A stretch of 53,432 nt of DNA, filler included, from Bipalium vagum (lineage: Eukaryota), in NCBI GenBank assembly GCA_037834085.1. It is 3 parts of 3 records of this genome, joined end to end, with 100 filler letters (N's around TTAATTAATTAA, not from the genome) between each part and the next. Parts side by side here need not be neighbours in the genome. Positions count along the whole stretch, not along the records: positions 1 to 18,704 come from JBBMKC010022057.1; 2 more parts are not named here. The stretch is one strand, 5' to 3'. A program made the position numbers and the translations under genes. Shown one piece after another: positions 1 through 12,300 of this stretch. Under the pieces are notes generated by a model. That model saw only the letters and a list, made by a program, of their open reading frames with translations, made no database searches and was not told where the DNA came from. Numbering within the stretch: position 1 is the first letter of the stretch; each line of letters starts with the position of its first letter.

Positions 1-2820
1 TTTCGTAAACATCTTTTTAAAATGAATCAGTGGTTACGATTCTAAATGTAATCGAGTTTTGAACGACTTGGAAAATTAAAAAACATCTGAAAATGATTCA
101 AAAACGAAAATTTCTTGTATTCTGAACAAATTTATCCATGCAGACTGTCATTTAGCAGATCTAGTGTTTCACTGTTAAAAACTTCACGTGGTATTTTTTA
201 TTATGTGTATTGATATACCATCAATTTTTTCAACAGATATTCTGTGTGGATTCTTTTTCAGAGACGCCAACAAACCGAAATGTTCATTCGATTTATCAGA
301 TTTTTTATGAAGTTTTAAAATAATCAATAAAATTGTGTTGATATCGACTATTTATAAACTTTCATCGGTTAAATATATCTAAATCTGTTTTCATTTTTTA
401 ATCATGATATTTTTTATATACTTTGTACACTTAGAATCAGTGTATTTTATATTTATCATAATGGTGGTGCGATAATAAACTTAAACTTTCATTAGTAATC
501 TCATTTTAATTTTTTCCTTTATTATATTTTAAAACTTAAATTGGTGATTTCAAAATTGAAAATTAATTTTTTATTACTAGTTAAATGGATTCTTTGATAC
601 CTTAACAAATTTTTTTGAAGATAATAAGAAAGAGGTTTAAACCTTTATCAGATTTAAATGACCTGAACAATTATACTAATATTAGTCCAGCTGAGAACAA
701 TTTTATATTATCAAAGAATACTAATATTTTTTGGATGTGTCAGATAATTCTGCTAACTGTGATAATGTTCTAGAATTTACAAAAGCAGTACTAGATTCTA
801 TAAATAATACTGACACCAAGGATGAAAATTTAGTTAAAGATTCCGGTGTTATAAGTGAACAGGAAATTAAAATTAATTCACTAATTTATGGGAAAAAATT
901 TCTAAAATATTTAAATAGCTACATAACAATCTATTTAGAATAGATAAACAAAAATGACCCTGAGGGTATGAGAACGGAATTTTAACCCGCACAATTTAAT
1001 TCCCGTTTCTCTTTTTATTTTTAATCTTCCAGCTTCTTCTTTATATGTTTATTTCTTAAAATATACAGTCTGGTGAACTAGTCACCAGATTCGATATTTT
1101 ATCTCAGGGTGTCTACACTCTTCCTAGTGTAGATTGATATCTTCTTTAAATAATTAAATTTGACATTTTGATTTTTAGATTTGGAGTCGTTTTAAACCTT
1201 TGTAAATTTTATTATAATCAACAAAATTTTTTTTAAAAGAGTTTCCTTTATTATTTTGTGATTGTTACATTACATCCTCATTCAAATAGTAGCCAGGTAA
1301 AAGATACAAATAAGAAATTTAATCAACTCCACATTCAAAAACCTTAACAACACCATATTTACAAAAACATTCAAGAAAAATTTTTAAAAATAAAAATTAG
1401 GATTATTTTTTTGAAGGTGGAATGTAAAGTTTTCTTTTATAAGGGTTAAAATATATAATATTTTCTTGTTGTATAATCTTAACTTTGTTTCTATTTTTTG
1501 TTAAAAAGATTTTAAATTTTTCCGGTAGCTTATTTAATTAAAAATGTGTTACTTGTAATGCACTTTTAAAAGAATTGAATATTCGATTTCTTAAGTAAAA
1601 TACCGCCACTGTAATTTGCACAAAATGATGGATATAAGTACCTTGATTCAGTCTTTATTTAACTATATGAGAAAATATGTTTAAAAACATGTTTCCAATC
1701 AAAATTCTAAAAGCATAATTTTTGAAAAACTAGAAAAACCGATTTTTTCAGAAACATCACTTTTAAAATTATTTAAAATACAAGAATACAAGACAAAAAC
1801 ATCAGTAAAACATCTTTTATTTACATTTCAAATGACCAAAAACATTTAAAGAACAGTCAACCTCATGATTTTACTTTCTTTGCTCCAATTCGTAGGATTT
1901 TAGGAAAGTTTTAATTTATTAAACTAAATTTCACAACTTTCTCTAAATATTTTTAAAAGGATTAAATTGAAAAAATTAAAAACTTGAGATTATATTTTGT
2001 ATTATTTGTTTCTATGTTTATTATATATAATATCACGATTTCGTGGTTTAACCTGGTAGAATTATCGCTCAATGTGTGTTTATCGTTACGATATGGTTAA
2101 GAGATTTCAAAGTAAAGTTAATGGTGTTTTGAAAAAAAAATTTTACCGGTTCACAATACATAGCAATTGGCCAATTTTTACTCTCGCTTCTTGCATTTTT
2201 AAATACTTTTTCACCCAATTTTGTTTGTCTCGCGTTATAATCGCGTATCTACGGTATGGGTTTCATCCTGTCAAAATTGTTGTAATCAATAAAAAATGAA
2301 AGGAAAAAATTTAGAATATAGATTGATTTGAAGCAAATGAAGGAAGTAATAACCGATAGACTTTACAAATTTTGAAAATCATTAACAAAAACCAATTCTG
2401 GATATTGTTATCAATCCTTAAGGAAATCAAGTACTTTATTATCAATTATTAAAGTTACAATTGAAATCTACCAACTATCAAAATCACACATTTCAAGCAA
2501 CAATACTTGTCTTATTAAAAGTAATTTTTTTCGAAGACATAAAATAGAATTTTTAATTTTCATCTTGAAATTAAAATCAATTATTAATATTAATTAATCT
2601 GATTATTTTAAAAATCATATTTTGAATATTCAAACACGGTTACATTTATCTAATAAAAAATTAACTAAACAGAAAACTTAATCACAAAAATTTATTATCA
2701 GTCAAAAATTTGAAATTAAATTGGACAATTATTTTACGTTTATTGCCACAAGAGTCTTATTTTTCTTAAAATATTAAGTCAAACACAATGTTTACTAAAA
2801 ATAATAATATCAACAATTTG

Positions 2821-3564
2821 TTACAATGCAGTTCCTCTTTCTAGATTCTCTTGCAACTCTGCTGTAAATTCCCCATAATACTTGGCTAGCTGATCATTAA
2901 ATTTCTTATTTTTCTCATTTACATAAGTAACAGCAGCATCGGGATCAAATCGTTTTCTACGATGTTTAGCAGTCTGCTTCTTATCTATTTGTTGCTTAAT
3001 ATCTTCAGCAAGAGCATCAATGTCGGCTTTGTTATCCTTTTTTTGATTACACAGCAATTCAAAGCCTTCTATTTGAGATAATTTCATTCTAAGACAGACA
3101 TAAATTGGCTTCATGATAGAAATTATATTTACCTGTCTTCTTTTTCTTTTGAATATGAAATCATATCAGGAACCAGATTTCGTGATAATTTAACGTATTT
3201 TTTGTACGTTGCATCTGCAAAATCAACTGGATTTTCACTATCAATTTTCTTTTTCCGTGATTTTTTAACAATATAATCAGCAATATTGGCTTGAACATCA
3301 AGATTTTTTATGCGATTTGGATCAATCCCTTCTTTTTTACATTTTTCCTTAAAATTTTCTTCGTCTTCTTGCCATTGTAATCTTCTACGTTTGTTTTCCC
3401 AATTAGGAGGCAGACTTTTACGCTTTTGCTCTTCAGCAGATGCTAAGTGATTTAATTTACGAGCTTCATTCTATAAAAGATAAAATAATTAAGCAAACAT
3501 ATACTTTCATTACAGCTCGTAATTCTAATTGTCGAAGTTTCTCAAGTTTCTCAGGTATATTCAT
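2821..3564 (-). CDS. SYF2: Pre-mRNA splicing factor SYF2 (NTC/Prp19 complex), 3 exons, ~218 aa, complete
   Basis: Exons 3564-3514, 3470-3133 and 3088-2821 are joined by GT-AG introns of 43 and 44 nt and stay in frame. The product reads MNIPEKLEKLRQLELRA/NEARKLNHL...LPPNWENKRRRLQW...RRKRFDPDAAVTYVNEKNKKFNDQLAKYYGEFTAELQENLERGTAL, with the characteristic SYF2 C-terminus. Confidence 0.96.
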
Positions 3565-4135
3565 AAACAATAAAGATACTTAGTATTTTGGATATTCAAA
3601 CAAAAATAGTATTTAATTTTAGAAATAAGGAATGTAGGCAAAATATGATTATAATTAAATGTCCTCAAATTAATTTTGAATTAATTTTGTTATTAAAAAT
3701 AAATTTTAATAAACAATATCAATAATGGTTTTACTATCTTTTAACTTGGTTTTGAGTAATCTTAATGAATAATTGTTACAAAAATAAAATGTTATATATG
3801 ATACATCATGAATTGTTTATTAGCATGTAGTTTACCGAAGTGATTGGGAATTTTAGAAGGGTGGCTGTTGATTACTTGTTATTGTGGAACTGATTTTTGA
3901 ATTTCTGATAATAATGAATTTTATCTTGAACTACTTAATTTGATATGATTTGAATAAACTGTTTCTTTTCTTATCTTTTTGAGTCTGATATTTGTATTCA
4001 TATTTCCATTTCCATTTCATCTCTTTTTTGAAGGATGTCGGGTCTCACTTCTCTCAGAAGCAAGATCCGACATCACACGTTTCGTGTCAAATAATCATCT
4101 CACCTTTTTATATTAGAAATTTAATATGATAAATA

Positions 4136-5200
4136 TTAGGTTGAAGCATAAGTTCGTCGTTTTTTAATCATTTATTAATAATATTTAAGTAAAAATAAAG
4201 AAATTTATTTCATGATAAACAAAAAAATCAATCAGTTACATATTCCCCACTATTATTTACAAAGTTTTCCCATCGTTGTACCAATTTGTTGATCCCGTTT
4301 TGCAAAATTGTGCTGGTCTGAATCAAAATAATTCTCAAGCCAATTCTTCAGATCCTCATCATTGTTGAATGTTTTGTCGCGAATTTGGTTAGAAAGCGAA
4401 AGAAAAAAAGAAATCGGACGGAGCCAGGTCCGGACTGTATGGAGATTGAGCCAAGACTACCCAACGTAGTTCCTGGATAGTCGTTTTTGTAAGCTGTGCT
4501 GTGTGTAGTCGGGTGCTGTCGTGCTAGAAAATTACTGACCCTTGGTGAATCAGGTGGGTTCTCTTGAAGAACTTGGTTCAAGTGAGGCAATTGGTCTACG
4601 TATAATTACTGATTGATTGTGTGATTATGTGTTAGCATTTCAAAAAAAGGGAGCCTTTCAGTCCCATCACAGACTGATAATTTCCTGGCAAACATGACGC
4701 GTTGCAGGTTCGCTCCTGCTTAACCATTGTTTCCTTTTCGGTGATTTACACATAGACACCACTTCTCACCTCCAGTGACAATGCGATGGAGAAGTATTGA
4801 ATTATAACTATGAGTTGCTCTATGACGCTCAAGCAAATCTGTCGCGATTGTAAAGCGTTAATGTTTTCTGCTTTCTTTCAACTCATGAAGTGTCCACACT
4901 CTCATTTTTGACCTTTGCCCATTGATTTTAAGTGACGATAGACTGTTATTTAGTCGCATTTCCTTGAACGACCAGCTCACACGTGCTTTGTCATCCATTG
5001 CTTTTTAAAAGTGCGTTTAAATGCTCCTCATTGAAGTCAGTAGGTCGCCCAAAACTTATTTCGTCTTGTAGTGAGAATTTATCACTCTTAAATTTTTTAA
5101 AACCATTTCTGAGCTGTCCGCACGCTTATGACACCTTTTCCATATACATCACTTGTGCAGCTTTAGAACCACAATTGTAGACAAAAATATGTTCTACCTG
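4136..5200 (-). mobile_element. Degenerate mariner (DD34D) transposon
   Basis: TA + TTAGGTTGAAGCATAAG mariner-type TIR at 4134. Minus-strand remnants include HRIVTGGEKWCLYVNHRK and a YSPDLAPSDF-like motif, with many frameshifts. The second TIR was not identified. Confidence 0.85.
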
Positions 5201-6619
5201 AAATAATTTAAACCCCATTAAGCTCTTAAGAACATAAAATTATAAAGCCCATTAAGACAAAAGAAATGAGACAATATATTTTACTCAAAAGAAATTTATT
5301 ATTTCTATTATTTGTTATACTTACATAAACATTATTATATTTATATTAATAATAATATAATATCTATATTACAAGAGTAAAAACCAAGTGAAAACCAAAG
5401 TAGTAAAGGAAATCAGATTTTGAATATAGGACCCTAAAAATCAAATTTACACATATTTTTGTTCGGAAACTATTTTTAAAAATTTTTTATTCACTCATCT
5501 AAAAAACTGTTTCCTTTCCTGAAAATCTAATTTTCTATACTGCATTAAAATATTTTAAAATATTTTTATTTTTACATACAGTAGTAATATTGTAGAGACT
5601 GCCAACATTCTGAGTCAAACTTGAGTTCAATTCAAATAAATGAAAATCCTTGAAATTTGTTTTGATATTAGTGATTTTTGTGTTATGTTATCAAATTGAC
5701 TTTTATAATAATTCTTTTGGTTATAATGTTAAATCGTCCTTGATAAAATAAATAAATATAAATATATAAATTAATTATAAAGCAATGTAAGTAATATAGT
5801 ATGAAAAGTAATTATATCATAATTTTTCTGAAAACACAAAGAGTACCATATTTAAAAGCATTAGACCTTAAACAGTTCAGCCTAAAAAAATAGAAAAAAA
5901 ACAAAAAATTAAAAATATAAAATATATAAAATTTAATAAATATAAAAATTTATGAAATATCCAATATAAAAAATATACAAAATGTATAAAATTTGCTAAA
6001 TATTTAAATTACAGTAAAACCCCATAAAAGAAATCGTACAAAAAAAAATATTCGAAAATTTTATGAATTCTTATATATACTAAACAACTTTGTACGATAT
6101 ACTGCCTAAAAATTTTTTATGCGGTGGATAGGGAGGGTGGAAAGCTTTCAATTAAATAAAATAATTAAATTAGACCTAAAGAAATTTTAAAAATATTTAA
6201 TTTTTCATTGTACATATATATGGAGAAGTTTTCAAATTATACGTTAAATAGTTTGCTGCTACTCGTAGTAATCCAAAACGCGCATATTATTTTGAATAAA
6301 ATTCTGAAATAGGTTTTGTTTGAAAACATTGTGAACATGTTTTAAAATTTACAGCTTGAAAACTTTCAGTAATGAAATTTGGATTAGCGATTTCTTAAAA
6401 ATAAAATTTGATTTTTTAATCACTTTTAAAAATATTGTTATATAAATTCTGAAATCATTCTAAAAGACTATCAAAACTTAAATTTTTGTTTAATATAAAT
6501 ATTTTTATTTTTTATATCATTTTTAATGCCTAAAAATCAGATTAATTTTAATTAACACTCATATTGATAAGTTATTACATTTCCATTTTCTAAATATTTA
6601 ATCTGTCTTTTATTAAAAT

Positions 6620-7810
6620 CAAAATCATACATTTTTATTTCATCTATTGTTTATCCTATTAAAATGTTTATAATTATCTCCTGTTAATTTAAATTTCATA
6701 CTTTCAATGATTTCAAATTTTTGTAATATTAGTTTCTTATATTCACACTCCCATATTTATATAAATTCTAATCTTAAATTTGTATCACTAAAATATTTAT
6801 AATATTATTTTTTTTCTAAAATTAGGTTATTTAAAAATTTCATTGTTTTATTTTCTTTTTTACAAACTTTATCTTTATTATAACATTTTAAACAACCATG
6901 AAAATAACAACCATTAAATTCATAAATATAATAAGTCTTAGTTTGTTGATCATAGAAAAATTCATCAGTTTGATATCTTTTGTTATTTGCATTAATAGAT
7001 TTTTCTCTTCCTCTTTTTGCTTGTTAAATATTTATATTATCAATCTTACTTAAAAATTCTAACCAATGAATACATTTATAAGAATAAATATCTTCAAAAT
7101 TATTTAATCTCGATATTCCAATTTCTTCACCATTTATCATAAACAAATATTTTTGTACAAATTTGTGCGATTGTCATATATTGAAAAGTATCCATATTTA
7201 GAGGCTTTGCCTCACAAGACCTTCGTTCTAATTTTTGGGTTTCTGATATATTTATATTTTAAAAATAAGTCTCTATAAATTAAACAACCTTTTGTTAAGA
7301 TCATAACATTTGTTAAACAATAATAAAACATTTGAATTTGAAAATTAAAAACTTCATTATTTATTATTTTTTCATCATGCCATTGTTTTAATAATTTTCT
7401 TCTTTTTCATTCATAATTATAACCATAATATTCAAAATCTGGATATTTTCCTATATACTTTTGATTTCTTGTTGTATTGAAATAATGTTGAAAATATCAT
7501 TTATAATCATTTAATATCATTTTAAACCAAGTGTTGCAAAAAAAGCTTTTAATGGACATAAAGTAAAATTTATTGAATCTACAAATCTTATATTAAAATT
7601 TTTTATTTGCATGTATGTGATTTTACTTCCTGAGCAAATTTTTTCAGCTGTTAATTTATGTTGAATTAACCAACATAATACTGGATGGTTGTCATATCCT
7701 TTTGCATAATGTGCTATGAAAGTATATTGTTTGAAATCTTTACAAATAAAGAATTTTAAAAATGTATCAACTAAAGAAGTTGAGTTTTCAATTATTATTT
7801 CTTTTAACAT
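6620..7810 (-). pseudogene. Polinton/Maverick (adintovirus-like) protein-primed family B DNA polymerase relic
   Basis: Exonuclease-region motifs FIAHYAKGYD, IRFVDSINF..CPLKAF and HYFNT..NQKYIGKYP. An inserted nuclease-like block IYEFNGCYFHGCLKCY...IWECEY follows, then the start of polymerase motif A (EIKMYDF). Stops and frameshifts throughout. Confidence 0.85.
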
Positions 7811-8020
7811 CCGTGCTTATTTGCCTGCCGTGTCTTCCTTGATCTTAAAGGTGTTCCTAGCCTTGATTAAATTTTTTGAACCATTTTTGGGGTCATACGA
7901 ATTGAAACACATTTCTCACCCTCCAACTCACATATCTTTTCGGTCGCTTGTGTTTCCTTGACATTTAGCTTCCAATAATGTCTTAACAGTACTATAATTT
8001 CCAATTTATCCGTATTTCTT
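7811..8020 (-). mobile_element. Mariner transposase N-terminal (HTH) fragment abutting the PolB relic
   Basis: Minus strand reads DKLEIIVLLRHYWKLNVKETQATEKICELEGEKCVSIR../KWFKKFNQG*..DQGRHGR. Confidence 0.7.
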
Positions 8021-9332
8021 CTCAAAAAATAAAAGCAGTATATTTACAATAATTTAATAAATTTTAATTTACCGTCTGATAAAGGAAGTTTTTATCTTCA
8101 AAATGATATATAATTGTATAGATTTAAATATTTACATCAATTAAAAAATTAATTTGAAATAGTAAAACAAAAATTACAAGACTTATCGAATAGAATTTCA
8201 GAAGTTATATTCTATATTTTTTTTTGAATTAAAACACTTACACTTACTATGGAAGAATTATTAGTTTAATTATTGAAAAAGACAAAACATTACAGGAATG
8301 TTAAATTAAGTTTTATTAATGGAAAAATAAGTAGACATCACTCTTAAAGGAGCAGAAATGTTTACTGTTCAATAAAGGCAAAAAATGATAAATATAATTA
8401 CATTTAAGAAAGTTGAGTTAATGAATTAATTTTCTTTTTAAAATTTATAATTATCTTCTATTTTAATTGTATTTCATTTTTAGTTTTTTTAATATAAAAT
8501 TGATAAATTTCATAATAATTCAATTTACAATATTCTAATTATCAAGATTTAATGAAAAATATCTTACAATTATAGGAGATTTCTGAAAATAGAAAAAACA
8601 ATAATTTAATAAATTAGAATCTCGAAATAAATGTTTAAATTCTTTTTGTTCCCTTAAAGCTATGCTTAAGCCAAAATATAAAGTTTAACATTTGATTTTC
8701 TTGTTTTCAAATTCTATGAAAATCATTATATTTTATTATATTTTCAAGAATATTTCTATAAATTATATTGTAGGGTTGACAACATTTACATTATTTATTT
8801 TTGATTAAAAATCTTCATCTTGTTTTATTTCAAAACATTTATAACATTCTTTATTATATATATATTAATTTTTATTACCCTTATATTTTTTAAAATTATT
8901 TTTAACCGTTTTTTATTGTTGTTTTCGTTAATTAACAAATATATTTTCTATCATTTATTGAAAAGTTAAATTTCTATGCTTATCTTGCTATGAAAAATTT
9001 ATCTAAGTTTTATTCGAACATTTCATTTTTACAAAAGATATATTTCTAGTTTAGAACTAATATACATAAGAACTAATATAACTTAGACATACTGTTTTAA
9101 TATCTATTTGATCTCATTTAAAAATTCCATTATCAATTAACTTGTTTAAATTATTAATTTACTTAGTTTCTGTAACCTTGTTACTTTAATCGGTATGTTC
9201 TAAATTCAAATTGGTTGAAATTTATTATTTATTGTAATATATTATTTCATATATTTGGCCTCTTAATGACGTATGTCTTAATCTAGGATTTAATTTGATC
9301 GAAATTTATTTAATTTTATAAAATTTTTAACA

Positions 9333-12300
9333 ATGGAATTTAAATGTGGTAATATAATATTCTCATCAAATTTTGATTCCGGAAATTTATTAAACGTTGA
9401 GCGAGTTAATAGTGCGGATGAAAATATTCAAAATCAGTCCTCAGATTCAAATAAGTCTGATTATGAATTCAATATTTGGACAAAATCTGATTGTTATGGA
9501 ACTGAATTTGAAAATGGAAATCGAACTTGGTTCCATTTTTCCGTTAAAGGTTATTTACCAGGTAGAATTATAAAAATAACAATTAAAAACCTAAACCGAC
9601 AACAAAGATTATATTCACAAGGATATTGTCCATTATACAAAACTGAAACTCCTAATTGTGATACTAGCAAGTTAATTAATTTTTTTATTCTAATGTTAAA
9701 TATTATACTTACATATTTATAAATAATTTTATTTTTAATATATACATGAAATGTCCTAATGTCATCAGTCGTAAGAGCGACCAATCAAGTTTTCATGAAC
9801 AATAATTTATCATATATTTGAAATTAAATAATTTTGAGCATTAAACTAATATTACAATTTTTTGTTGAACACATTTGAAAAATTATCTTACCAATGATTA
9901 TTAAATTAAAATAATTATTTTGAAGATTACTCTTCTCTAGTTGTTAATTCAAATTTCTTAGTAAAATTTATGGATTGTAAATAAATTTTTTCGGATTTAT
10001 TCTACTTTATTAAAATTGTTAGCGTCAGTTTCTATGTAAATTATAAAAAAATTGTTATTAAATTTATAAAATAATTCTGAATTACTTTGAAAATAACAAT
10101 TTTAGCATTATTTATTTGGCTATTATCTTGGCTATTCGACCTTGTAACCCAATCTCTCTCAGTAGGCTTTTGATAGGTGATGACGAGAAAATTATATTAT
10201 TTGCCTTTTCAATTGTATAGAGAGTGCATCCGCCGATGCATACTGATTCTTTTTGACGCATCTCTGAATAATGCGATCTTCCCTGACAGTTATTATTTTT
10301 CGCCGACCACTCGGAGGTAGAGTGGAAATGCTTATTCACGATGGATTGAACAGTTGACTTGGAACATTATAACATGGTGGAGATCTGACCAAAACGTTCC
10401 ATCATTTCTTAAGTTTAGAATTACATTTCTGAAATCAACTGAATGTTCTTCTACGCCACATTATAATGTTTTTATTGCTGAAAGAAATCGGAGTTCATTC
10501 AGATTACATGTTTTTATGTAAAATTAATAATTAATTAATAATAACTATTTTAAATACATGTACAGGGTGTCCCATAAGTCCCTGTGGAAAGTTAACTTAA
10601 ATATCTTTCATTAAATTCAATCGATTGAAATTTGTATTTATATAATATTAAAGTATGTAAGTCTAAGTTTTGTTTTAATATTCTAAAATTACATTTAGCA
10701 AAAAATACTTGATTTGAAGTTAAGAATCAAAATTGTACTTTTAATGGCTAAATTCAACTCAATTTGTGTTGTTAAACGGAAATTAAATGCCAAATTTTGG
10801 AAAACCTCGCCAACTGAAAAGGCTATAAGAGAAACCTTTCATCGTTTTTGTGAGATTGGCTCGGTGGAAGAAGAACGTTCTGGAAGACCAAGGCTGATCA
10901 CTGAAAATGAAGTTCAGAACATGAGTGAAGTTATTGAAAGTGATCCACAATGCAGTGTTCGATCTGTTGCAACCACCTTTCCATTTCGCGAACAACAACC
11001 CATCGAATTATGAGAGAATAGCTATCATTGAAACCCTTTAAGGTCCATTTCACGCAGGAATTACATGAAGAGGATTTGCAAGCCAAAGTTGAGATGTGCA
11101 AAACCCTGGTCCCAATGTTAGAAAATGTGGATATTCAGGAAAATATTTTCTTTTCAGGTGAAGAAACGTTTTACCTAAAAGGGTTAGTAAATAAACATAA
11201 CGTCAGATATAGTCAGAAATTAATCCACATGTTACTTTTAAAACTGCTAGAAAATCCCAGAAGGTAAATGTTTGGTGTGCTTTGTCAAAAAATAAAATTA
11301 TCGGTCCGTATTTCTTTGAAATGAGACTGTTAATGGCCAAAATTATCTATCAATGTTTCAATACTATTTTATGAAGTGAGGAAAATCTACAAAGTACGAT
11401 CTTCGGTATTTCAGCAAGATGGAGCTCCTGCGCATTTCCAGAAAATGTACGACGGTATCTTGACTCTCATTTTTCAAACAGGTGGGTTGGAAGAGATGGT
11501 TCAGTTCGACGGGCTCCACGTTCACCAGATTTAACTCCTTTTGACTTCTATTTATGGAACCATTTAAAGAATAAGATATACAAACCTGAAATCAAAAATA
11601 TTGACTATTTGAAAACAAAAATCAGCGAAGAAATAAAAAGTGTTACCACAGAAACTTTAAATAGCGTATTTTTAAATATTGTAAAAAGGATGACTATGTA
11701 TATCAGTTAATGGTAGTCATTTCTAACAATTGTTGTAAATATTTTTATATGAAATAAAAATTAAAAGATTTTTCTTTAATTTTATAAAGCAAGCGATTAA
11801 ATATCTCAATCTGCTTAAGAAATATTTAAGTTGTTTTCCGCAGGGACTTCTGGGACACCCTGTAAATGGATCAATAAATATTATTAAAACAAAATTATAT
11901 GAGCAATACTGTTAGAATTCAAATATTTCCATAAATTTTATTTTGTTTTATAATTAAATTTTATGAACAGTTTTGTTAAATGCAAGGAGTTACATTAGTA
12001 CTGCGTGTAAATACTTTGTTTCATTTCATAAGTTTCTTTCTTTATTATACATCTAACTCTTATTATGAAAAAGTGATGATACAACTACTTTTTGCAGATA
12101 CTATAAAATTTCGCTTCCGTTATATACTGGTGGAAAAATCTTTTCTGGCACTTGTATTGGGATTAAATATTAAAAAATGTTGAAAGTTTTTAATATTTAT
12201 TATTTTTACATGCTTGACTGCCGTTTATTATACAGGGTGGACAAAAAGTAGCAAACCAAAACACAAATTTAGTTTGATAAATTAATAACAAAAAATATAT

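Noticed and set aside
731-943. 70-aa ORF as a gene
   Set aside because: TTG start with an in-frame stop just upstream, no recognisable motif and no consistent splice model.
2040-2300. Possible very old mariner remnant (QDETH on the minus strand)
   Set aside because: Too degenerate to support, with no TIR or second motif.
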